From the NCBI GenBank assembly GCA_964624775.1, contig CAZUYW010000001.1, positions 1 to 61,239 on the forward strand: a DNA stretch of 61,239 nt. The letters run 5' to 3'. The DNA comes from an uncultured Iamiaceae bacterium. Its GTDB lineage: Bacteria; Actinomycetota; Acidimicrobiia; Acidimicrobiales; Iamiaceae. The position numbers and the translations under genes were made by a program. Below, piece after piece: positions 34,031-42,222 of the stretch (positions are counted from its first letter, which is position 1; every line of letters begins with the position of its first letter). The notes under the pieces are model-generated. The model worked only from the letters and a program-made list of their open reading frames with translations, was not told where the DNA came from and did no database searches.

Positions 34031-34705
34031 CTAGTTGCTACCCCCAGGGGTAGCAACGTGGCGACTGCGATCGACATCGACGGACTCCTGCCAGAGCGCC
34101 AGCGCCGACAGGGCGTGCCACGCCGCGTGGGGCTGGAGCGGCGAGTGCGGCCGGCAGAGCGGACCACCGGTCCGGCCGAGCGCGTGGAGCGCGGCGCCGG
34201 CGCCGAAGATCGCGAGGGTGCCGATCCGGCGGGGGGTGCCGCCGTCACGCCGGGAGCGGACGCCGCGCGCGACCTGCCCGGTCACGGTGGCGATGCCGAG
34301 GACCGCCTGCGACGACTCGGTGATGCGTGGGTGCCCGAGGCCCACCGAGACCACCGGCACGGCGGCGAGCGCGGCCGCCGGCACGCTGAGCCGGGGCCAG
34401 GCGAGGCGGGCGGCCCGCACGCCGGTGAGCAGGAGCATCGACTCCAGCGACGCGTCGTGCGCCCACTTGCCGAGCCGGCCACCGGGCCCGTGGTAGGCGA
34501 CGCTGCCCAGGCCGACGGCGGTGACCGACGCGGCGTAGGCGAGGTCGAGGGCCCGATCCTGGTCGGCCGGGCGCCGCAGCACAGCCGCGGCCATCGCCGC
34601 ACCCGCGGCCACGTAGGCCAGGCTCGACACGGTGTTCGCCGGTTGGCTGATCGGGCCGGGTCGACAGTGCTCGCAGTCGGATGCGGCGAGGATCCGCTCG
34701 CTCAC
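34031..34705 (-). CDS. CREST-superfamily (alkaline ceramidase-like) membrane hydrolase
   Basis: DCE..QPANTVSS, SVAYH, HD, HAAWH metal-binding motifs; multiple TM; GTG overlaps upstream stop. Confidence 0.75.
   Translation of the reverse strand: MSERILAASDCEHCRPGPISQPANTVSSLAYVAAGAAMAAAVLRRPADQDRALDLAYAASVTAVGLGSVAYHGPGGRLGKWAHDASLESMLLLTGVRAARLAWPRLSVPAAALAAVPVVSVGLGHPRITESSQAVLGIATVTGQVARGVRSRRDGGTPRRIGTLAIFGAGAALHALGRTGGPLCRPHSPLQPHAAWHALSALALWQESVDVDRSRHVATPGGSN
34034..34057. promoter_or_regulatory. CsoR/CstR-type operator
   Basis: Perfect 11-bp inverted repeat GTTGCTACCCC-ca-GGGGTAGCAAC with TAC-C-tract/G-tract-GTA core, about 30 bp upstream of the repressor ATG. Confidence 0.8.
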
Positions 34706-36126
34706 GGCACCTCGCTGACGGCGTCGGCCACGGCGGCGATCACGACCTCGCGCTTGGCCCGCACCTCGTCGAGCTGGCCGCGGCGGTCGAGCAGGATCCG
34801 CCAGACCTGCAGGGTGCGGATCAGGACGCGGATGCGATCGGCGAGGATCAGGGTGGCCGCCGCGAACAGGGGCATGGCCAGGAAGACCAGGACGCCCGAG
34901 GCCCAGCCGCCGTGCCCGTCGAACAGGGCCTCGAGCACGCCGTCGAGCGGGGAGGTGATGGCCATCGCGGCGGCGGCGAGCGGCGCGCCGGCGACGTCCC
35001 AGGCGGCGATGGCGATCCACATGAGCGGGAAGGTCACCGCGGCGACGAGGAACCGGATCGTGCCCTTGGACACCGGCGCCTTGGGCACGAGCCCCGCGAT
35101 CAGCACGAGCAGGGTGGGGATCAGGCTGGCGAACAGTCCGGCGACCGCGAACGGGGCGAGGAGCACCACGAGGACCGCAAGGAGGATCGACTTGCGCAGC
35201 AGCACGGCCGGGCCGTTGGGGGCCATGAGGTCGTCGTCGTCGAGGTCGACCGCCCGCAGCAGCAGCTCGTAGCGGGCGGTCTCGTTCACGACGTGGGCGA
35301 TCTGGTCGGGCTCCGCGTCGGCCAGGCGCCAGGCGAGCTCGGACACCTTGGCGACGGGGGGCGGCTTGCGCTCCGCCGCCGGGCCGGGGCGCTGGGCGAG
35401 GCGGGCGGCGGCGGTGAGCCCGATCGCCTCCTCGTGGTTCGCGAAGTCCGGCGTGATGTCGCGCAGGGCCGAGGTGACGCGGGCGGTGAGGTCGTCGACC
35501 AGGGCGTGGTCGGGTGCGCCGGTCTCGTCGAGGGCCTCGGGCCCGACGTCGACGGGGATGGCGTCGCCGAAGGTGATGAGCGCCCGGCTGCGCACCGCGA
35601 CCTTGTCCTCGTAGAACACGCCCACCGGCACGATGGCGAGGTTGTCGACGCCGTCGGCCGCCGCCTGCACCGCGATGCGCGACACGCCGGTGCGCAGCGG
35701 GCGGATCACCGGGTCGTCGTGGGTGGTGCCCTCCGGGAAGATGGCCACGATCTGGTGGTCCTCGAGGGCGGCGACCGCGGAGGCGAACGTGGCCCGGTTG
35801 TCGACCGAGCCGTCGGCCGCGTCGGCCCGACGGTGCACCGGGATCACCCGGGCGAACCCGAGGAGGGGCCGGGCGGGGGCGACGTTCCACAGCGTGGCCT
35901 TGGCGAGGAAGCGGGGGAGCAGGCCGAGGCGGGCCACGAGCAGCACCGGGTCGACGAAGCCGTTCAGGTGGCTGGCGGCCAGGATCACCGGACCGGTGCG
36001 GGGCACGTCGCCCACGGTCTCCACCGACCGGTAGAAGCCGCGGGTCAGCAGCCGGGCGATCGCGGCGATGCACCGGTCGCGGAGCCCGACGCGGGTCCCC
36101 CGGGGTGCGGCCTCGGCTCCCTCCAT
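34702..36126 (-). CDS. PlsC-family (lyso)phospholipid acyltransferase with C-terminal TM helices
   Basis: SHLNGFVD (HX4D), FLAK, IFPEGT. Confidence 0.88.
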   Translation of the reverse strand: MEGAEAAPRGTRVGLRDRCIAAIARLLTRGFYRSVETVGDVPRTGPVILAASHLNGFVDPVLLVARLGLLPRFLAKATLWNVAPARPLLGFARVIPVHRRADAADGSVDNRATFASAVAALEDHQIVAIFPEGTTHDDPVIRPLRTGVSRIAVQAAADGVDNLAIVPVGVFYEDKVAVRSRALITFGDAIPVDVGPEALDETGAPDHALVDDLTARVTSALRDITPDFANHEEAIGLTAAARLAQRPGPAAERKPPPVAKVSELAWRLADAEPDQIAHVVNETARYELLLRAVDLDDDDLMAPNGPAVLLRKSILLAVLVVLLAPFAVAGLFASLIPTLLVLIAGLVPKAPVSKGTIRFLVAAVTFPLMWIAIAAWDVAGAPLAAAAMAITSPLDGVLEALFDGHGGWASGVLVFLAMPLFAAATLILADRIRVLIRTLQVWRILLDRRGQLDEVRAKREVVIAAVADAVSEVP

Positions 36127-36167
36127 CCCCGCATCGTAGGAGCCACCCTCGACCGGGACCGGGAGAT

Positions 36168-36276
36168 CCGTTCTGAGCGCCAGGCGTCGCACCCGTGCGA
36201 CGGTGGGCGCTCAGAACGGTGCTGGCTCGCTTCTGCGGGTCAGGCGTCGCACCCGTGCGACGGTGGGCGCTCAGAA
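36168..36276. repeat. Two tandem REP-like hairpin units at 60-bp spacing
   Basis: caggcgtcgcacccgtgcgacggtgggcgctcagaa at 36181-36216 and 36241-36276; unit 1 has outer stem ccgttctgagcgcc/ggcgctcagaacgg and inner stem cgtcgcac/gtgcgacg. Confidence 0.85.
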
Positions 36277-36280
36277 GTGA

Positions 36281-37117
36281 TCAGGGGTGGGTGGCGGCGA
36301 GGAGGGTCTTGCCGGGGTCGATGGCGTTGACGGGGAGGCCCGAGGTGGCGGGGACGAGGTCGACGGCGGCGTCGCGGAGGGAAATCGCCGTGGTGACCGG
36401 CCAGCCCGCGCGCTCCACCAGGTCGACGGCGGCCTCGCGCGTGAAGCCCAGCCGGAGGCCCTCGCCGCTGCCCGCCCGCGCCAGGCGCTGGAGGCGCTGC
36501 TGACGGCGGTTCGGTGCGGTCGTGCTGGCGGCGGCCGGGTACACGTCGAGGGCCAGGCGGCTGCCCGGCGCCGAGGCCGCGGCCAGGCCGGCGAGCTGGT
36601 CGCGCAGGACCGCCTCGGTGAGGTACATCGTGACCCCCTCGACCACGTACAGCGTGCGCCGGTCCGGATCGAGGCCGTGCGCCGCCAGCGCGGCTGCGGC
36701 ATCGTCGGCGGCCAGGTCGGCCTCGACGAACACCGGCCCCGGGCCGGGCGCGCGGGCGATCTTGTCCTGCTGGGTGGCCCGGTGGTCGACCTCGAAGAAC
36801 CGCACGCCGTCCCGCGCGCCGCGCCACGGACGGCTGTCGTACCCGGCGCCCACCGTGACGACCTGGTCGACCCCGGCGTCGAGCGCTTCGGCCACCCGGG
36901 CGTCGAACCACCGGACCCGGGCGGCGAGCCCGGCGAGCGTGACCGAGCCGGTGAGCCGGCGTCGGGGCAGCCGGCGCACCACCTGGTGGACGGCGCGCAT
37001 CGACGGCGCCAGCATCCCGGCGGCGTGCGGATCCTGCAGCACGCCGAGGTCGGCCAGCACGGCCCGTTCCACCGCCACCCCCTGCGCCGTGCGCGACCGC
37101 CGTGGTGCACCACCCAT
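36281..37117 (-). CDS. SAM-dependent methyltransferase, leucine carboxyl methyltransferase family
   Basis: QVVTVGAGYDSR, FFEVDH..TQ..K, EGVTMYL. Confidence 0.88.
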   Translation of the reverse strand: MGGAPRRSRTAQGVAVERAVLADLGVLQDPHAAGMLAPSMRAVHQVVRRLPRRRLTGSVTLAGLAARVRWFDARVAEALDAGVDQVVTVGAGYDSRPWRGARDGVRFFEVDHRATQQDKIARAPGPGPVFVEADLAADDAAAALAAHGLDPDRRTLYVVEGVTMYLTEAVLRDQLAGLAAASAPGSRLALDVYPAAASTTAPNRRQQRLQRLARAGSGEGLRLGFTREAAVDLVERAGWPVTTAISLRDAAVDLVPATSGLPVNAIDPGKTLLAATHP

Positions 37118-37536
37118 CGGGGCAGCCTCGCACGCGGTCGGGCCGGACGCGTCGGGGCCGAGAGGACCCGAGTCGAGTGGATCGGCAAGCCCATGGGGCG
37201 CGTGGGCAGCGCGGGCGTCAGCCGGCGAGTTGCGCCAGCACCCTGCCCGACCCAGACGGCCCCGAGGCGGCCTTGGCCCGCATCCTCGAACCCGCCGGGG
37301 GCGTCACGCTGGTGCTACCTGATGCCCATGAGCCGTCCGTAGGTGCCCCACCCGTTGTGCAGACGGGGATCCGTGCAACGACGTCGGGGTCAGGGGTGGG
37401 GAGGCCTGTGCTGTCCACGTTGGGCGGCGTGCAACTGGCCCCCGAGCCCGGTCGCCTTCGCAGGTGGTGGTGTTCTGCGCCTCCGGGTGGGCGTTTGCCC
37501 GGAGCCGCTCAGCGCGGGGCTTGGGCAGCTGCTTGG

Positions 37537-37962
37537 TCACCGCTTGCTCAACGGGGCCAGCCACTCGGCGTGGAGGGCACGCTCGAATTGCTTGGCCTTC
37601 TCGCTGGACTCGCACACCAGCCAGGCCACCTCGCACGACCGAATCCAGGCGTTCACCGGCTCCACCTCCTCGGCCGTCATCACCGTCGGCCGGATCCTGG
37701 TCCGGCTGGTTGGAGCGATGCCGAGGTGCTCGCAGACGTTGCGACGGAACGAGGAGTGCGAGAGGTCGGGGCCGGTCTTGAGGTGGAAGCGCCAGACGCG
37801 GCCTCGAAGCCCACCGCTGCCCGCTGCCACGCCGGAGTAGACCGGCTCGCCGTCGCGGAACCAGGCGTACACGCCTGGCTTCTCGGGGACCACCGATGCC
37901 GTGAGGTCCGCGGGGTCGTGGCGGGGGAGCGCCACCAGCTGGGTCCAAAGCGGTCCGGCCAT
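37537..37962 (-). CDS. Stand-alone GIY-YIG-family nuclease
   Basis: PEKPGVYAW..GEPVYSG, LRGRV..H, FERAL...PL; start MAGPLW. Confidence 0.75.
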   Translation of the reverse strand: MAGPLWTQLVALPRHDPADLTASVVPEKPGVYAWFRDGEPVYSGVAAGSGGLRGRVWRFHLKTGPDLSHSSFRRNVCEHLGIAPTSRTRIRPTVMTAEEVEPVNAWIRSCEVAWLVCESSEKAKQFERALHAEWLAPLSKR

Positions 37963-37967
37963 GCCCG

Positions 37968-38342
37968 TCAGCTTGGCATGCGCCGGATGCCTTCTCGCGC
38001 TGCGATATCCGGCCCGTGAACCTCCGCCGTCGACTCGCGGTTCTCCCAAGCCCAGATGGCATCGGTCAGCTCCTCGCAGGACACGTCGAGCCGCCACCGG
38101 ATGGCAAGGGAGACACGGCGGGCCTCGGTGGGGCTGAGCGGCCTGTCGATGATGTGCTCGCAGTAGCGGTGAACCAGGCCGTGGGTCTTCTCACCGCCAT
38201 GTCGCCGCCAGCTCGGTGGAGATCCAAGCTCGGCGGTGACGCGCTCCATGATCCGATCGATGATCACCGATGGCGGCTCCCACCCCGGAGGCTGGGGTCC
38301 TGGGATACCGGCGGGAACTGGTCGGAGATCTTCGAGCGTCAT
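37968..38342 (-). CDS. Hypothetical protein
   Basis: Non-repetitive 124-aa frame, AGAGG just before ATG, ends 5 bp before the GIY-YIG start; atypical codon usage. Confidence 0.5.
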   Translation of the reverse strand: MTLEDLRPVPAGIPGPQPPGWEPPSVIIDRIMERVTAELGSPPSWRRHGGEKTHGLVHRYCEHIIDRPLSPTEARRVSLAIRWRLDVSCEELTDAIWAWENRESTAEVHGPDIAAREGIRRMPS

Positions 38343-38407
38343 CCTCTGACGGTACGCAGCCGGTGTGACATCGGGCCGTTCGGCCGGAGGGGTGGTAGCC
38401 ATTGGTG

Positions 38408-39067
38408 ATGGCGACTTCGAACGACGCAGGCTTCCGCGCCCGCATGCACGCGCTCGTGGCAACCGACGAGCAGCTCACCCGAGCGAAGAACCTGACGAGG
38501 GCGTACTGGGAGCCGGGTCGATACACCGGCCCGCACTTCGACCAGCTCCACGATGCCGAGCATCCGAACGAGATCACCGAACGAGACCTGGTCGCCGTCT
38601 CCATGCTCAGCGTGACCATCCCGCCTCGGGTTGCGATCTGGCTCCTGTCCGAACGAGGGCGGGAACAGGTTGGCGAGCTCCTCAGCCGGGTGCCCCCGCA
38701 GGCGAACCTCGCCACTGACGGGCACCTACTCGACGACGACGGCGACCTGTATCGCCTCTGGAAGCTGCTCGGCCGCGCAAGCTGGCCTACCGAAGACCCC
38801 GCGAACGGCATGCGCACCACGAAGACCTCGAAGCTGCTCGCCGCGAAGCGACCGCATCTGGTGCCGGTCTACGACTCGGTGATCCGAGAGCTGCTCGGCC
38901 CGGTCGACAACTACTGGGCCGCATACCGTCACGCACTCGATCCCGACGGTCTGGAGCGGTGGGCCGCCGCCACCGCGGCCGCCCCCGCGGAAGTCCCCCT
39001 CCTGCGACGGATCGACGCCCTGCTCTGGATGTTCGGCACCCAGGGCGTCAAGCCGGGTGACGAGTAG
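38408..39067 (+). CDS. DUF6308-like protein (possible HhH-type fold)
   Basis: YTGPHFD..PNEIT..DLVAVSMLSV, TSKLLAAKRPHLVPVYDSV, LLRRIDALLWM; family recalled from memory. Confidence 0.75.
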   Translation: MATSNDAGFRARMHALVATDEQLTRAKNLTRAYWEPGRYTGPHFDQLHDAEHPNEITERDLVAVSMLSVTIPPRVAIWLLSERGREQVGELLSRVPPQANLATDGHLLDDDGDLYRLWKLLGRASWPTEDPANGMRTTKTSKLLAAKRPHLVPVYDSVIRELLGPVDNYWAAYRHALDPDGLERWAAATAAAPAEVPLLRRIDALLWMFGTQGVKPGDE

Positions 39068-39214
39068 CAGGAGCGGGCTGGTCCGCCCGTGCTGTGACGA
39101 GCGGCGGCAGACGAGCGTCCTGGGCAGCACCCATCGCGTTCGCCTGGTCGCCACTGCAGCGGTGCTCGCGGGATGGACGCGGGATGCTCCGAATCCTTGC
39201 TCCTGAGAACGAGA

Positions 39215-39244
39215 GCAGGTCAGGAGCTTGCACCCCTGACCTGC
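39215..39244 (-). terminator. Hairpin just downstream of tRNA-Phe (terminator or processing signal)
   Basis: gcaggtcagg (39215-39224) / cctgacctgc (39235-39244) inverted repeat; no U-tract. Confidence 0.5.
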
Positions 39245-39253
39245 CTCTTCACC

Positions 39254-39329
39254 TGGTGGTCGGAACCGGCGTCGATCCGGTGACCTTCCGCTTTTCAGGC
39301 GGACGCTCTGCCAACTGAGCTACCCGACC
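39254..39329 (-). tRNA. tRNA-Phe(GAA)
   Basis: Reverse complement GGTCGGGTAGCTCAGTTGGCAGAGCGTCCGCCT-GAA-AAGCGGAAGGTCACCGGATCGACGCCGGTTCCGACCACCA; 76 nt, encoded CCA. Confidence 0.96.
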
Positions 39330-39399
39330 GGGTCGACGGCTCGGAGGTCTCCCTGACCCGAGCCTCGAATCCGGTCCCGGGTCCACGACCCGGGGTTTG

Positions 39400-39477
39400 T
39401 GGCGGTCCCGACGGGATTTGAACCCGCGACCTCCGGCTTGACAGGCCGGCGTGCACTCCAAACTGCACCACGGGACC
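39400..39477 (-). tRNA. tRNA-Asp(GTC)
   Basis: Reverse complement GGTCCCGTGGTGCAGTTTGGAGTGCACGCCGGCCT-GTC-AAGCCGGAGGTCGCGGGTTCAAATCCCGTCGGGACCGCCA. Confidence 0.97.
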
Positions 39478-39575
39478 ACAGAGTCCGTCACCCGAGGGCG
39501 GCGGAGTCCCACCCCGTTGCCGAGGCGACGGGCAACCTATCGGCCACCGCTCCGCGCCCGCAAACGGATCCCGGG

Positions 39576-41072
39576 TCAGGCGGGCAGGTCGGGCTGGTCG
39601 GCCGAGGTCAGCCAGGACTCGAGGAGCGGGCGCTGGTCCTCGCCCGAGATGTCGCTGGCCATGGCGATGAAGTCATCGGTCGAGGCGTTCTTCCCGCGGT
39701 AGGTGGCGACCCAGGTGCGCAGGATCTCGAAGAACGTGTCGTCGCCGACGGTGCGGCGCAGGGCCTCGAGGGTGAGGGCACCACGGTCGTAGACGACGTC
39801 GTCGAACGCGGCGGCGGCCTCGGGATCGAGCACGGCGAGGTCGCTGCGGCCCGCCGACGACACGGCGTCGCCCACGGAGGCGTCGAGCGACTGGGTGCCG
39901 TGGTGATCCATCCAGAGCCAGTCGGCGTAGGTGGCGAAGCCCTCGTTGAGCCACACGTCGATCCACCGCTCCGGCGTGACCGCGTTGCCGAACCACTGGT
40001 GGGCCTGCTCGTGGGCGAGCGCCCAGATGTCGCCGGTGCCCGCCCCGTCGAGGCCGAAGAGCGGGCGGGTCTGGGTCTCGAGCGCGAGCCCGAGGGAGGA
40101 GTCGACGACGACCGCGCCCGCGTCCTTGCCGGGATAGGGGCCGAACGTGTCGGCGAAGTACTCGATGATCTCGTCGGTCTGGTCGAAGCCGGTGCGGCGG
40201 TCGTCCGCCAGGTGGGTGGGGAACGCGAACGCGTCGCGGATGCCCGGCGCGCCGTCGCGCTGCACGAGGTCGAGCTTCCCCACCACCACGAGCGCCAGGT
40301 AGGACGCCATCGGCTCGCGCTGGGTCCACCGCCAGCGCCGGTCCCCGCCCACGGTCCTCGGTCCGGTCAGCCGGCCGTTGGCCACGACCGTCCACGCCGC
40401 GGGCGCGGTCACGGTGATCGACCAGACCGCCTTGTCCGACGGATGGTCCGAGACCGGCACCCAGCTCGAGGTGCCGAACGGCTCGGACATGGTGAACCAG
40501 CCCCCCTTGTCGTCGCGCTGCCAGCCGATCGTGCCGAGCACGGGGGTGGTCTCGGGGGCCGGGCGTCCGGCGTAGCGGAGGACGACCTCGACCGTGCGGC
40601 CGGGGCGGAGCGGCGAGGTCGGGCGCACGGTCAGCTCGGTGTCGGTGGCCGTGGTGGTGGCGCGCCGCCCGTCGACCGTCGCCGCTGTCACCTTGGGGCC
40701 GCGCAGGTCCAGCGTGAACGACCTCAGGGGGTTCGAGGTCGTGGGCTTCAGGCGCAGCACCACCCGCCCGGAGATGTCCGGTCGCGCGGGATCCACCTGG
40801 AGGGCGACGTCGTAGCTGGCGACGTCGATGCGCGGGTCGCCCAGGCCGGGGACCGTCTCGTCGGGCACGTCGTCGACCGACGCGCTCGGGGGCGTGGTCG
40901 TCGTGGTCGTCGTCGGACGCTGTGGGTCGGTGGTCGAGGTGCCGTGGTCGGTGGTGTTCGGTCGCGCGTCGCGCTCCTCGGCGCCGCCGCGGGCCGTGCA
41001 GGCGCCGGTGACGAGCGCCATCGCCACGCCGAGCGCTGCCACCCGGCGTCGACCGGTGACCGGGTGGGTCAC
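39576..41072 (-). CDS. M1-family metallo-aminopeptidase, lipoprotein
   Basis: Lipobox VTGAC; LALETQ, HEQAHQWFGN, WLNEGFATY, YDRGA. Confidence 0.9.
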   Translation of the reverse strand: MTHPVTGRRRVAALGVAMALVTGACTARGGAEERDARPNTTDHGTSTTDPQRPTTTTTTTPPSASVDDVPDETVPGLGDPRIDVASYDVALQVDPARPDISGRVVLRLKPTTSNPLRSFTLDLRGPKVTAATVDGRRATTTATDTELTVRPTSPLRPGRTVEVVLRYAGRPAPETTPVLGTIGWQRDDKGGWFTMSEPFGTSSWVPVSDHPSDKAVWSITVTAPAAWTVVANGRLTGPRTVGGDRRWRWTQREPMASYLALVVVGKLDLVQRDGAPGIRDAFAFPTHLADDRRTGFDQTDEIIEYFADTFGPYPGKDAGAVVVDSSLGLALETQTRPLFGLDGAGTGDIWALAHEQAHQWFGNAVTPERWIDVWLNEGFATYADWLWMDHHGTQSLDASVGDAVSSAGRSDLAVLDPEAAAAFDDVVYDRGALTLEALRRTVGDDTFFEILRTWVATYRGKNASTDDFIAMASDISGEDQRPLLESWLTSADQPDLPA

Positions 41073-42172
41073 GTGGCGGGGTCGGGGCCGTCACCCGCCA
41101 GCGCGGCGCGCAGCTCGGCGGGGGGCACGACCTCGAGCTGCTCGAACGTGCAGGACTCGGGCGTGCGATCGGTGCGCCAGCGCTGGAAGCGGGCGCTGTG
41201 GCGGAAGCGGCCGTTGTCCACCCGCTCGTAGGCCACCTCGGCGACCAGCTCGGGCCGCAGCGGGGTGAAGGACAGGTCCTTGGTGGCGTTCCACCGGGAC
41301 TGGCCACCGGGCAGCCGCCCGTCCTCGCCCGACGCGTGGGCGGCGGCGTCGGCCCACCGGCCCCACGGGTGCTGCGACCAGTCGTCGGTCACGTAGGGGG
41401 CCAGCTCGGCCCGCAGCTCGGCCCGCCGCGCCACCGAGAAGGACGACGCGACGCCGAGGTGGTGGAGGTTCCCCTCGTCGTCGTACAGGCCGAGCATCAG
41501 CGAGCCCGGCCCGTCACCGTTCTTGTGCTCCCGGAACCCGGCCACCACGCAGTCGGCCGTGCGCAGGTGCTTCACCTTCAGCTGGGCGCGCTTGCCCGGC
41601 TGGTAGGCGGCGTCGGCCGGCTTGGCCATGACGCCGTCGAGGCCCGCCCCCTCGAAGCGCGCGAACCAGTCGGCGGCGACGGCGCGGTCCTCGGTGCCGG
41701 GCGTGAGGTGGACCGGGCTGTGCGCGTCGGCGAGCACGCCCTCGAGCACCATGCGGCGGTCGCGGAGCGGGCGCCCGCGGAGGTCCTCGTCGTCGAGGGC
41801 GATCAGGTCAAACGCCACGAACGACGCCGGCGTCTCGGCCGCGAGTCGGTTCACCCGCGACTCGGCGGGATGGATGCGCTGCTGGAGGGCGTCGAAGTCG
41901 AGCCCGTCGGGCCCGGCCACCACGATCTCCCCGTCGACCACGCAGCGCTCGGGCAGCATCGCCCGCAGCGGATCGAGGAGCTCGGGGAAGTAGCGGGTGA
42001 GGGGCTTGTCGTTGCGGGACCCGAGCACGATCTCCTCGCCGTCGCGGAAGACGAGGCAGCGGAACCCGTCCCACTTGGGCTCGAACCAGTACGCGCCCGG
42101 CTCGGCATCGGGGATGTCGGGCGCCGCCTTGGCCAGCATCGGCGCCAGGGGCGGGAGCACCGGGAGGTCCAT
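41069..42172 (-). CDS. ligC: ATP-dependent DNA ligase LigC
   Basis: MDLPVLPPLAPMLAK, EPKWDGFR, DGEIV, EGAGLDGVMAK, KVKH, RFRH. Confidence 0.9.
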   Translation of the reverse strand: MDLPVLPPLAPMLAKAAPDIPDAEPGAYWFEPKWDGFRCLVFRDGEEIVLGSRNDKPLTRYFPELLDPLRAMLPERCVVDGEIVVAGPDGLDFDALQQRIHPAESRVNRLAAETPASFVAFDLIALDDEDLRGRPLRDRRMVLEGVLADAHSPVHLTPGTEDRAVAADWFARFEGAGLDGVMAKPADAAYQPGKRAQLKVKHLRTADCVVAGFREHKNGDGPGSLMLGLYDDEGNLHHLGVASSFSVARRAELRAELAPYVTDDWSQHPWGRWADAAAHASGEDGRLPGGQSRWNATKDLSFTPLRPELVAEVAYERVDNGRFRHSARFQRWRTDRTPESCTFEQLEVVPPAELRAALAGDGPDPAT

Positions 42173-42222
42173 GGGCGGCGAGCCTACGGCCGCGTCCGGA
42201 ACGGCGCGGGTCGGCCTCCCGG

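Noticed and set aside
36168-36276. Possible mini CRISPR array (36-bp repeat, 24-bp spacer)
   Set aside because: Only two copies, the spacer forms part of the hairpin arm, and there are no cas genes
37118-37536. Possible att duplication of the tRNA-Phe 3' end, or a small gene (37304..37540-) after the GIY-YIG gene
   Set aside because: No convincing copy of tggtggtcggaacc found by eye and no integrase; the small frame has no recognisable features
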